From NCBI GenBank assembly GCA_965153285.1, contig OZ229111.1: DNA of 64,000 nucleotides; one strand, 5' to 3'. Below, piece after piece: positions 37,601 to 50,800 of the stretch. The DNA comes from Podarcis tiliguerta. Its lineage: Eukaryota. The position numbers and the translations under genes are program-made. The notes beneath the pieces were generated by a model that saw nothing but the letters and a program-made list of their open reading frames with translations, was not told where the DNA came from and made no database searches. Position 1 is the first letter of the stretch. Each line of letters opens with the position of its first letter.

Positions 37601-40600
37601 CAGGTGGCCCTTTGCTTCCATGAGCATCCTTCAGGTGAACTTATTTTACGCTCCAAGTCAGAGTCCACATCACATGCCTGCAACCCCATACAAAGAAGCC
37701 CGCTTGCCTTCTCGTCTTACCTGGTGGTAGTGAGACAGAAGGCTATGCACGTCAGCCACATCTTCACTGGAGATCTCCTTGATCACCAACGTTCTGTCGT
37801 AGGACAGGAGGAAGCGCCCCCCACCCTCAATCTCATAAGTGGGCGGACTGCGTGTCAGCGAGACCTGAAGAAGTGAGAATGAACCAATGACAACAAGGCT
37901 CTGTACCGATGACCCTGGCATGGCTGATTTATCTTTTTGATAAGGGTGGGCAACAAGGGAGTTAAAGATAAACCTTCCCTAGCAATGGAGTAGCAAAAAG
38001 CTGAACAAAACTTCTGGGCTCCAGATCTTCCCTCACGTCCCCTTTGACAGCCACCCTCAAGGCAGCCGTTCCTTTAAAAAGGCTCTTAGGGAAATGAGGT
38101 GGTGCAGGAAATGTTGAATGATAGAATCATCAATTTGGAAGGGACCACAAGGACCATCTAGGGACACAGGTGGCGCTGTGGGTTAAACCACTGAGCCTAG
38201 GGCTTGCCCATCAGAAGGTCGGCGGTTCGAATCCCTGCGATGGGGTGAGCTCCCGTTGCTCGGTCCCTGCTCCTGCCAACCTAGCAGTTCAAAAGCACAT
38301 CAAAGTGCAAGGAGATAAATAGGTACTGCTCCGGCGGGAAGGTAAACGGCATTTCCGTGCACTGCTCTGTTTCGCCAGAAGCGGCTTAGTCATGCTGGCC
38401 ACATGACCTGGAAGTTGTACGCCGGCTCCCTCGGCCAATAAAGCAAGATGAGCACTGCAACCCCAGAGTCAGTCACGACTGGACCTAGTGGTCAGGGGCA
38501 CCTTTACCTTTTACTAGGACCATCTAGTCCAACCCCTTGCAATGCAGGAATCTTTCTGCCCAAGGTGGGGCTCAAACCCACAACTCTGATATTAAGAGTC
38601 TCATGTTCTACTAACTGAGCGATCAATAATTTTTATGAAGTCCAGGAAAGAAGCTCTGCTGCCTGCTTCAGTTTGCTTCAGTGCAAAGCCAGAGCGGTGC
38701 CCTCTGGATGTTTTTGGGCCACAAAACTGCCCATTGGGTCATGCTAGCTGGGGCTGATGGAAACTGTAGTCCACAACATCTGGAAGGCCCCATGTTTGTT
38801 ACCCTTGCTCACATGATGGAAACCAGACCAAGAACACATTAAAGAGGGTACACTCAAATGCTGCATCCCAGAAGTCTCACTCTGGCTCCCTTTAAAGAAA
38901 AGGAAACTTGGAGGGTTAAAATGCGCAGAGAGAAATGGCCAGTTCAAGGGGTCTGTGGGAGCTGCTGGGGGCTCTTTCCCCTTCTATTGTGATGTCTCAT
39001 ATGCTATCTTTCCTCTTCTCCCTCTTCCAATAGAGAGAATGCAAGTCACAAATAGTGATGTGAGGTGAGAATATTCTCGAGAATGCAAATATTCTTGAGA
39101 ATATTTTCTGCTAGAAAATTCTGTGGAGAATATTCTCCACAAACTGTAAATTCTAGTGTAGGAACCAGTTTTATAACCCACATTAAAGAAATCTAGTAAA
39201 TAATAAGTCAAGCTGTGATATTGCCAGTGTAAGTAATGAATAATGATTTTTTTTTCCTGGTCCAATTACATTACTAGGCATTGTGTCTTTCAATATGGGC
39301 AGTTCTGAAATGTGAGCTACAGAAAACATTTTAATATTTTTTTAAGTTTTAAAAATGCCATTCATTTAATTTGATGAATATTTGAATCTGTATGTATTTC
39401 AACTATATGTGATAGCCTTTTTTTCTAGTTTGGTGTGACCTTATTCTTAGAAACTGTATACCCTTGGCCATACAGTGTAATTTTAAAAAAAAAAAGGAAA
39501 GTAGCTTTAATGCTTTATACACTTAAAGTACCTAAGCCTATACAATTATGTGTAACAGCATGCGAGGTAGCCTTGATTTAAACAGTTGACGTTTCTATAT
39601 TTTTATTCAGTGCCAGTAATTGGTTTTGCAGTGCCATTTTTAAATATTCCTTTTACTTTAAAAGCTACATTTCATGCATACACAACATAATTTGAATTCA
39701 AATTGGATGGTAAATATACGTTTAGTGGCAGGCTCAGTGATTAACATGAGTCATTCACGTTGCATTTTCAATTTCAAGTTTGGTGCAAAAAATCAAAGAA
39801 TGTGAATTCACTGCATTGCCCCATTGAATAAAAGTATCTGTACAGTTTTTGGTTGCCATCTGAACAGGTTTACCAATGAACAAACATGTATATTAAGTAA
39901 TTATATCATTTTCAATGCATTAAAATGAATATTCTCCTATTTTAAATGAAAATTCTCTAATATTCTCATTAATCGAGAATATTCTCAAGAATGTTCTCCA
40001 AAAGATTATTCTCAAGAATTTAACATCACTAGCCACAAACATCCATTTGATGCAACTCGTGCAACCATCTTATATGCAGTAGGCCAGCCTCACTACCCTC
40101 ACAATGCAGACAGGAGCGGGGCTATCTAGAGAGCAGTTCATGGCAGAGGTAAGGTTCAGAGTGCGGACTTTGTAATTACTGTATTTTTCGCCCTATAGGA
40201 CGCACTTTTTCCCCTCCAAAAATGAAAGGGAAATGTGTGTGCATCCTATGGGGCGAATGCAGGCTTCAGGAAGCTCTATGCAACCCTCGGGAGACCAGCT
40301 CCGAGGGTTGCGCAGAGCTGCCTCCAGTCCCGGGCTCAGCGCAGCTCTGCGCGGCCATCGGGAGCAGGTCGCGAAGTCCCGCCCGGCTCCCAATGGCCGC
40401 GCAGAGCTGCCTCCAGTCCCGGGCTCAGCGCAGCTCTGCGCGGCCATCGGGAGCAGGTTGCGAAGTCCCGCCCGGCTCCCGATGGCCGCGCAGAGCTGCC
40501 TGCAGTCCCTGGCTCAGCGCAGCTCTGCGCGGCCATCGGGAGCCGGGCGCGAAGTCCCGCCCGGCTCCCGATGGCTGCGCAGAGCTGCCTCCAGTCCCGG

Positions 40601-43600
40601 GCTCAGCGCACTTCTCCCCATCGCCAGCCCCACAAGCTCGGGGGTCAGCGGGGAGGTGGAGCACGTCTTCCCGCTGTTCCTGTTCCTCTTCCAGCCCCGC
40701 ACCTGGAGGGGGAAATAAAATATTTTTTCTTTATTTCCCCCCCAAAAAACTAGGTGTGTCCTATGGGCCGGTGCGTCCTATGGTGCGCAAAATACGGTAA
40801 TAGCTCATTCTCTTAAGCCTTCCAACTCCCATTGGGTGTTCATACACAACTCAGTACCCAACTGGCTATTTGTAACAGGTGTCATAACTACTGCTGTGCC
40901 TGGGCAAGCAAATTCAGGAACAAAGGCAGTAATCTATGGCTGCAGTCAGAACACTGGCCTTATCCCACCTCAAACATCAATTTCTCTCATGGGAACATGC
41001 CTGCAACCAATGCCTCCAGTGAGCTTATTAGTAGCCTATGATTGCGCCTTATGCGGCAATCTTCCTGCAGTGTGTCCAGCTGAGCAATTTATAACCCTCC
41101 CAATTAGCTCCACACTGGAAGTCTACACTCTGATTTATTAGCTGAATTTCAAACTTGCTTTCGAACCAGCATTCTCAGTGTTCGAAAAACATGGATGATT
41201 TTAAATTTAAAACTAGCAGATACATACTGTACTAAAAAAACTATAAAACCTGGACAAAATCACAAAACTATAAAACCTGAATATATAATAAAATAACAGC
41301 AACTATAAAATCTGAATGAACCCAGTAAGAAAACACCTTCTCATTAGCTTTCTTCTAAAACAGCAGAAGCCTAACGGGGAAAGCATTAGCAATTTCTCCA
41401 GAAATTTAGAACAGGCGAAGTCCCGGCGGACTGGAGGAGGGCAAATGTTGTCCCTATTTTCAAAAAGGGGAAAAGAGAGGACCCAAATAATTACCGCCCA
41501 GTCAGTCTAACATCAATACCAGGGAAGATTCTGGAGCAGATCATTAAGCAAACAATCTGTGAGCACCTAGAAAGGAATGCTGTGATCACCAATAGTCAGC
41601 ATGGATTTCTGAAAAATAAGTCATGTCAGACTAACCTGATCTCATTTTTTGACAGAATTACAAGCCTGGTAGATGAAGGGAACGCAGTGGATGTAGTCTA
41701 CCTTGATTTCAGCAAGGCATTTGACAAGGTGCCCCATGATATTCTTGTAAAGAAGCTGGTAAAATGCGGTCTTGACTATGCTACCACTCAGTGGATTTGT
41801 AACTGGCTGACTGACCGGACCCAAAGGGTGCTCATCAATGGTTCCTCTTCATCCTGGAGAAGAGTGACTAGTGGGGTGCCACAGGGTTCTGTCTTGGGCC
41901 CGGTCTTATTCAACATCTTTATCAACGACTTGGATGATGGACTCAAGGGCATCCTGATCAAATTTGCAGATGACACCAAACTGGGAGGGGTGGCTAACAC
42001 CCCAGAAGACAGGATCACACTTCAAAACGACCTTGACAGATTAGAGAACTGGGCCAAAACAAACAAGATGAATTTTAACAGGGAGAAATGTAAAGTATTG
42101 CACTTGGGCAAAAAAAATGAGAGGCACAAATACAAGATGGGTGACACCTGGCTTGAGAGCAGTACATGTGAAAAGGATCTAGGAGTCTTGGTTGACCACA
42201 AACTTGACATGAGCCAACAGTGTGACGCGGCAGCTAAAAAAGCCAATGCAATTCTGGGCTGCATCAATAGGAGTATAGCATCTAGATCAAGGGAAGTAAT
42301 AGTGCCACTGTATTCTGCTCTGGTCAGACCTCACCTGGAGTACTGTGTCCAGTTCTGGGCACCACAGTTCAAGAAGGACACTGACAAACTGGAACGTGTC
42401 CAGAGGAGGGCAACCAAAATGGTCAAAGGCCTGGAAACGATGCCTTATGAGGAACGGCTAAGGGAGCTGGGCATGTTTAGCCTGGAGAAGAGGAGGTTAA
42501 GGGGTGATATGATAGCCATGTTCAAATATATAAAAGGATGTCACATAGAGGAGGGAGAAAGGTTGTTTTCTGCTGCTCCAGAGAAGCGGACACGGAGCAA
42601 TGGATCCAAACTACAAGAAAGAAGATTCCACCTAAACATTAGGAAGAACTTCCTGACAGTAAGAGCTGGTCGACAGTGGAATTTGCTGCCAAGGAGTGTG
42701 GTGGAGTCTCCTTCTTTGGAGGTCTTTAAGCAGAGGCTTGACAACCATATGTCAGGAGTGCTCTGATGGTGTTTCCTGCTTGGCAGGGGGTTGGACTCGA
42801 TGACCCTTGTGGTCTCTTCCAACTCTATGATTCTATGATTCTATGATTCTCCAAAAGCAGGCCTGGAGGGCATCTCTGGGAAAGGAGTTCCACAACAAGG
42901 CTGCCTTGGTCAAGAAGGCTTTCAGCCTCGTGCATTACACTCTGAAGTCCAGTATATGACAGCAGTAAGGGGGTCGGAGGCAGAGATACTGCCTGCACAC
43001 TGCAGCTGAGTACCTAAAGTTTTGGGCAGGCTTGTAAGAGTCTGAAGTGTAAGACGAGGCCCACATACCTGGTAATCCTGGTCATCAATGCTGAAACGTT
43101 CGCGAAGATTGCGGAAGACCTGCGGGCAGTATTCCTTGAATTTGAAATGGCTGGGCAGGTTTTCTCTGCAAGAGTCGAGTGACAGAGTTAGCTGCTACTC
43201 CAAAACTCGGACTGCACATGCAGCAGGGTGAGCTGGAGGAGGGAGCTGAACTGGGGTGGGGAGAATCACATTTCTGAATGCACTTCTATGAAAAAACAAA
43301 AACAGAAAAGCCTCCCCCCTTCTGCACAAAAATAAGAACCTAGCACATCAGTGCAGTGGCGTTGCGTGGGTTGTCAGCACCCGGGGCAAGGCAAGTAATT
43401 TGCGCCCCCTAACCCGGGGCAAGGCAAGTAATTTGCGCCCGCCCCCCCCCTGCTGCACTGTCCCTCCCCCAGATAGTCCCTCGCTCTCTCTCCGCACCGC
43501 ATCGCACGCCTGGCACCCCCCCCCTCCACAGTGGGCGGCGACCCGGCGGCTCGGATCGGATTCGCACAGCAGTGAGAGAGAGTGAGTGAGCCAGGTAGGG

Positions 43601-46600
43601 GCAGAGAGCTGCGAGCGCGAGCGCGCCTCCCCCCAGATGTTGCGCCCGGTGCGGCCGGCCCCCCTGCACCGCCACTGCATCAGTGAAGACTGCAGCCCAG
43701 CCTGTTCGCTCCCTGTTGCGCTAGTTTCTATTTACAGGGTGGGTTTTGGTTTCAACAAATAAAGAAGCATGATGAAGTTTGATTCTGCCCACCTTGCAGC
43801 AGTTTGAAGTGGTACAGCCCAGACCATCACCTCCGACTCTGCTATGTTTGTGGTCCAGGCCTCACCTTCTCCTGCTGTAGATGGGACCAGCTCTCCATCA
43901 GAAGCAGCCCATTACAACCCAGTCTTATACGCAACCAAGCTACTTCTGCCTCCTTACCAGAAGGCCAGTTTTTCTGACAAGTGAGCAAGGCCTAGTAATA
44001 GCTACCAAGTCAATCTGGGCATTATCTCAGTAATCTGCGACCCAAGCCCCATAATCCCCTGCCCATTAGTATCCTCTACCACAGGGTGTAATCCTCCATT
44101 ATTATGCAAATGGTCTCATGACCAGACGGGCAGAACAATCTTCCTTTAATACTAAGCATTAAATACCAGGCAGAGGGGACAGTGTGTGAGTGGGAAATGA
44201 TTTTTTTGTCCAGCTTTGCATACGCTATTCAATTTTTTTGTACTTTTCCTGGAGGAAGGTTCAAATCAAGCAATTGCTGGCCTTTCTGGAGTGCTACAAC
44301 AGAGGTGGGTAACCTGTGGCCACATGCAGCTCCTAATACCTTCTGACACCACCCCACCCTTCCATCCCTTCAGCGGTCCTACCTTCCTCCTTACCGTATT
44401 TTTCGCCCCATAGGACGCACTTTTTCTCCTCCAAAAATGAAGGGGAAATGTTTTTGCGTCCTATGGGGCGAATGCAGGCTTTCGCTGACCGACCCCTCTC
44501 GCTCTCCAGGCTTTAGGAAGCTCCGAAGGCTTGCAGATAGCAGCCTGTTCTGGGGGCTGGGGTCGGGGGAAGCTTGGGCTTACTCTGCCCCAGCCCCATG
44601 GCTGGGGGGGGGGGGAATAATTATTTATTTATTTATCCCCCCCCAAAAAAAAAAACTAGGTGCGCCCTATGGGCCAGTGCACCCTATAGGGCGAAAAATA
44701 CGGTAATTTCCATAGCTTTAAAAAGCTGTTTCCCCACCGTCACCCCTCTCTTCCTGTGTGGATTCAGAATAAAAAGGGCCATATATTATTTGACAGAAGT
44801 AAACTGATGTGTTTAACAAATCTTTTTCCTGGTATCAAAGCTTGGGAAAAAGACGTTTTCTTCTTGGTTTCTGCTCTCTCTGTGTGCGGTCACACCAAAG
44901 TCAGAAAAGAATTATTTTCACATGCTTTCTAGAGCAGTAGCTGCACTGGTCTGCTGAATTAAAAACAATAATCTCTGTACAGTTATTTGAGAGTAAACCT
45001 TTCAAACCAAGTGGGGGCTTACTACTCTTCCCAAGAGTAAGTAGGCTGGCCTGGGACTAGAAATTCTGAGCGAAGGTAAAGATGGAAGAAGGGCAGTCAT
45101 CATTCAGGTTCAATAATCCATAACATTTTTGGAGTGCCCTCCATCCATCGCTAACATGCAGTCCCCAACCAGCTATCCTGAAGGAATGAGGCCCTTAACA
45201 GAAAACACCTGTCCTCCCCTGCGGCACAGTCATAGGAGACCTAGACACCTACACCGCCGCCCATGTGCAGGCTATGCTCTTAAAATGAGAGTGTTGCTAA
45301 TAGTTGACTTATGGTGAGAGCTGGAGGGTGCTATGCTAGCTTCCCCTGTATTATAGCATGTGCATTCGGAGGAACGATGTCCCTGGGGTACAGCATCTGC
45401 AGTCTTTTCTCACAGATGCCTGAGGGAAGCCCACAAGAAAGAGTTGAGCACCACAGCTCCCTCCTGCAACAGGTATATAGAGGTATACTGCCTCTGATAG
45501 TGGAGGTAATACATAGCCATCATGACTGAAAGTCCCAAGCCTAATACCTTGCACTTCCAGTTAAAGGATCTCAAGCAGCAGGGGTGGAATCTGAAGTTGG
45601 GCTAGGAAGACTATGTGCCTTTCTGCTCCTAGACATATGCACCACCGGTCCTCACCTGTTGAAGAGATGATTGTTCACCTTTATTTTAGAATTCGCTTTG
45701 AAGTCATCAGGAAGCAGCATCACTGGCTGGGGAACTTGACTCAGCTCATTGATCTAAAGAAGGAAAGCAAATGTGAAGCCACTGGCTTCTCTTGTACAAA
45801 GCAGCACATGTCAGGAGAATGTAACAGCACCAAGGCAAGGCCTTGAGAGGAGAGTTCTTGTCTACCAAGAGCCCCCGGAGGAAGTGACATCTGGCCGAAT
45901 GCCATGCCATTTGCAACCTAAGACTTGGGCACTAAAGCTATGCTGTTAGTTTCTCCAGGAACAGGCTTCTTCCTCAAACTCGGCCCTCCAGGTGTTTTGA
46001 GACTACAATTCCCATCATCCCTGACCACTGGTCCTGCTAGCTAGGGATCATGGGAGTTGTAGGCCAAAAACATCTGGAGGGCCGAGGTTGAGGAAGCCTG
46101 TCAAAGCATATCAGCAGGGTGGACCTTTGGGAAAGGGCCATGGCTCAGGGGTACCAGCACACCTGCTTTGCATGCAGCAGGTCTCAGATTCAATCTCTGG
46201 CACTTCCAGGTACAGGTGGGAAAGATCCTGGTCTGAAATCCTGGAGGACTGCTATGAGTTGGCATAGGCAGTACTGAGCTTGACTAACCAGTGGCCTGGC
46301 GCAGTACTAGGCATCTTTCTAAGGCAGCTTCATGCGGTCCTAGCGTGGCGTACAACCAACAATAAATTAAGTTCAAAGTTGCATCAAGAACCTATGAAAA
46401 TGTATACAGTATATACTTACAGGAAGAGCATTCAGGAACGTTTGGGTTATCAACAAAGTTAATACAGCAGTTCAGACAGGATTAGCCTAGGAAGACTAAG
46501 CTAGAGACTCATAGCAGGGAACCGCCAGTCAAGACAATGGGCTTCAGATGGAGACAACCAAGGAGGAAGGTTATGGTGAGGATTAAGAGCGGTGAAGAAA

Positions 46601-49600
46601 ATGTTGCTTTAGTCCAGGGGTCAAATAGTCACAAAATAGGTTGCCTCAAAGCATGGGAAAGGAAGACTGTAGGGTTGAAAAATGGATTTTCTTGTATTTG
46701 CATAATTTTTACCTGGGATTTACTCCAAGCCACCATCAAAAGAAATATCGTACCTATCTCCAGTGCTATTTTTCTAGAAAAATAGGTGCTGGAACTCACC
46801 ACAAACACCTCTCTTGTCCTCTTCAAATGGCAATGGCACCCACCTGAGGGGTGCCGGAACAGAGTTCTGGCTAAAAGAAAGCCCTGCCTACCTCCATGGA
46901 ATGACCTGTAAAAACTACCGTAATTTTTGCTCTATAAGACTCACTTTTTCCCTCCTAAATAGTAAGGGGAAATGTGTGTGCGTCTTATGGAGCGAATGCA
47001 GGCTGCGCAGCTATCCCAGAAGCCAGAACAGCAAGAGGGATTGCTGCTTTCACTGCGCAGCGATCCCTCTTGCTGTTCTGGCTTCTGAGATTCAGAATAT
47101 ATTTTTTCTTGTTTTCCTCCTCCAAAAACTAGGTGCGTCTTGTGGTCTGGTGCGTCTTATAGAGCGAAAAATACAGTACATATTCAGCACCTGTCAATGC
47201 CATCATGGCACAAAACATGGACCCTTGGAACAAATCCACGTACTATAGTGGCTGCAGTAAGTGCTGGATAGCTTGGGGAAGGGTGGGTTACAATGCAAGC
47301 CACAGAAACCAATGGCAGGTTCAATTTGATGGTTGTTTGGAGGAGATGCCTTTAAAAAGTCATAAGGATCCATGGTTTTTTGCCATTACTGACCCCACCC
47401 TGCTGCCCTGAGGTCGCCCTTTGCCCATACAGTTGCTTCTCTTTTATACATCTGTCTTTCTGTACCTCACAAGCCCATCCACCACAGCTCACAGTTTCCT
47501 TTGTTCTAGATAGCATTTAGAAGCGGTGTTCAATCAGAAGGGTAGAGGGCGTGTTTTAAACTTTATGCCCACATTCATCACCCCAAGTACCAGCATCTCT
47601 CAGGATGTCTCCCCCCACCTTGTGCTCCTCCAGTGAGTTTTCCTTAGGGGCACCTAGCTTGCCACTGCAGGAGACACAATCCCAGGCTAGGAAGACCTTT
47701 TGGCAAGGCAGTTCTTAGGGATCTGTCACTAACTCAGGAGCTATGGTCAAACTGGACTGTCAATTCTTGTCCATGGACTTATCCCAGGATAAAAACTCTG
47801 TGATAACAGTCTGGAGTTAATCACCTCTGAAACTTGATTATGAGAATGAGTCCAAAAGAGAAGGATTAAACTGATTGTTGTGTAGGCTTCCACATTTAGG
47901 AGAGTGAATCTCCCACAGGGAGTTTCTTTTAAGCACCCTCCAGTTCACAAGCCAGGAAAAACACGGAAAATGTACCAGCAGCCTGGGCTGCTACAAAAGA
48001 TCAGGAAGTGATCTGTATTGATATGATCATGGAGAGATGAGTGAAGGTGACTCATCGGCATACATATCTGGGCCTGGCCTCTGTGTGAGAGACTGTTTGC
48101 TGGCAAGGGAGATGGCAATGCTGAGGGGCCAGCCTGAATTTCAGTTGCCACAGCCCTTTCTTCTGCAGCGGAAGCTGCAGTGCTGAGGTAACTTTAAAAC
48201 CAGTCCTAAGCTGAAGTGATATGTATGAGTTGACCGGTTGCAGGCATCCAGCATGTCTTGTTTATGGGGGGACCGGACTGTGATGCCTGCTTTGTTGGGG
48301 ATTGTGTATTATGGAATGAAGGGTTCAAGTCTGCAACACATATAAATTACACAAATTAAGCAAATTTGCTCAATATCGTTTTGTAAATTTAAACTGCAAA
48401 AAATGGTTAAAAAAAGAAAGAAAAAACAAAATGTTCTGTCTTTGCCGGGGGGAGGGGGAGAAAAAAAGTCTACTGGAGGACATGGAAGCTCTGCTGGCGT
48501 CTGTTATTTCCACAGGCATCACCTACACATTTTCAAGAATGTAATTGCAACCATAGGGTCTAGAAACTTGTCTTTACAAACATTAAAGGTTAGATATTCA
48601 GGAAGTTGAATCCCACCGGATTCTGCATGTTCTCTGTGCTGCCCCAGAATCACAGCATACACACTGCATAGGCCAAGTCAGTGGGTACAGAATACACATG
48701 GATGACTGAGTAGAGAGAACAAAATAGTAGGTATCGTATACTGACTAATGCTGAATATGGTGTGACGACCCTGCATACATAGGACCAAAGAGGGGGCACC
48801 TGTGGTCCTCCAGTGTTGCTGTTGGGCTTCAACTCCCAACACCCTCAGGCACCATGGGCAATGGTCAGGGGTCATGGGAGTTCGTCCCATCTGGAAGTCC
48901 AGATTCCTGATCCTTGCAGTACACTATTCCTCATGACTTTATTCCACTTTCACTTCACTTTCCCTCCAAAGAGTACATAGCTGTTTACATACAGTTCCCA
49001 TGCAGTCTCCCGTCAAAATACCTAAAAGGGCCTGACCTACTTGGCTTCAAAACCGCAGAACTGTGTCATGTGCCTTTGGACTAGACTCAAATTGAGAGCA
49101 CTCCAGTTATTGTCAGCCACCAAGAGAACCAATGGAGTTTGTAGCTTTTCCTTACTTCAGGTTTCTGGGAAAGATCAAAGCTATTTATCGGGCCTACAGG
49201 AATGAACCAATCTGGGATAGATCCTTTGTGGCAAAAAAACTGCAAGACCCAATATGCTTCAGAGAAAACAGTAACTGCAGCAAAATGATCAGGCAAATTA
49301 TTTGCACAGGGTTGTGACTGCAAGCTCATTCAGCTGGAAGTCTTCTGACATGGGGCAGTCTGACCTATCAAATACATAAACAGTGCATTGATTTGAACAT
49401 CATAATAAACCAGTGTTAAAATATACTATGGTTTGTATCTAACTAAATCACTGTATGTGCAGCCCTTCCTTTCCCCATGCACTGCCCCCAATCTGTTACA
49501 CAAGGTTTTTTTTGGGGGGGGGGGGAATCTGGAGCAGATGGGGGGGTGTATGCAGGGGGAGAGTTCTATTGGGGTTTGGGCTGGGTGTTCACCAGTATGT

Positions 49601-50754
49601 AGTTGATACCCAGCTCAACCTCGCCTTCCAGTCAGAACCAGTGAATGTCCTGTGTGAGTGTCTGGAATTGGTTGGAGGATGGATGGCGGATAACTGATTG
49701 AGGTTGAATCCTGACAAGACAGAAGTACTGTTTTGGGGGGATGGGGTGGGCAGGGGTGGGGGACTCCCTGGTCCTGAATGGGATAACTGTGCCCCTGAGG
49801 ACCAGGTACACAGCCTGGGAGTCATTTTGGACTTACAGCTGTCCATGGAGGCGCAGGTCAATTCTGTGTCCAGGGCATCTGTCTACCAGCTCTATCTGGT
49901 ACGCAAGATGAGACCCTATCTGCCCGTGGACTGTCTCACCAGAGTGGTGCATGCTCTGCTTATCTCCCGCTTGGACCACTGCAATGCGCTCTATGTGGGG
50001 CTACCTTTGAAGGTGACTCGGAAACTACCACTAAGCCAGAATGCAGCAGCTAGACTAGTGACCAGGAGTGGCTGCCAGGACCATATAACACCAGTCCTGA
50101 AAGACGTACACTGGCTCCCAGTGCATTTCTGAGCACGATTCAAAAAGTGTTGGTGCTGATCTTTAAAGCCCTAAACGGTCTCAGCCTAGTATACCTGAAG
50201 GAGTGTCTCCACCCCCATCGTTCTGCCCAGACACTGAGGTCCAGCTTTGAGGCCCTTCTGGCCTTTCCCTCACTGCGAGAAATAAAGCTACAGGGAACCA
50301 GGCAGAGGGCCTTCTTGGTAATGGCACCTGCCCTGTGGAACATCCTCCCATCAGATGTCAAGGAAATAAACAACTATCTGACTTTTAGAAGACACCTGAA
50401 GGCAGCTCTGTTTAGGGAAGTTTTTAATGTTTGATGTATTTTTACTATTCTGCTAGGAGCCGCCCAGAGTGGCTGGGGAAACCCAGCCAGATGGGCGGGG
50501 TATAAATATCATTACAGTTGTACCTTGGTTTTTGAACACCTTAGTTCTCAAACATTTTGGCTCCCGAATGCTGCAAACCTGGAAGTGATTGTTCCCATTT
50601 GCAAACTATTTTTGGAAGTTTCAGTGGCTTCCGATTTGTGGTAGGAGTTTCCTGCAGCCAATCAGAAGCTGTGCTTTGGTTTCCGAATGTTTTGGAAGTT
50701 GAACGGACTTCTGGAACAGATTCTGTTTGACTTCCAAGGTACGACTGTACATCA

Positions 50755-50800
<46 letters not shown>

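Noticed and set aside
40193-40800. Repetitive ORFs in several frames, and a CRISPR-like look to the repeat
   Set aside because: Explained by the 89-bp tandem repeat in a MITE; there are no unique spacers and the context is eukaryotic.
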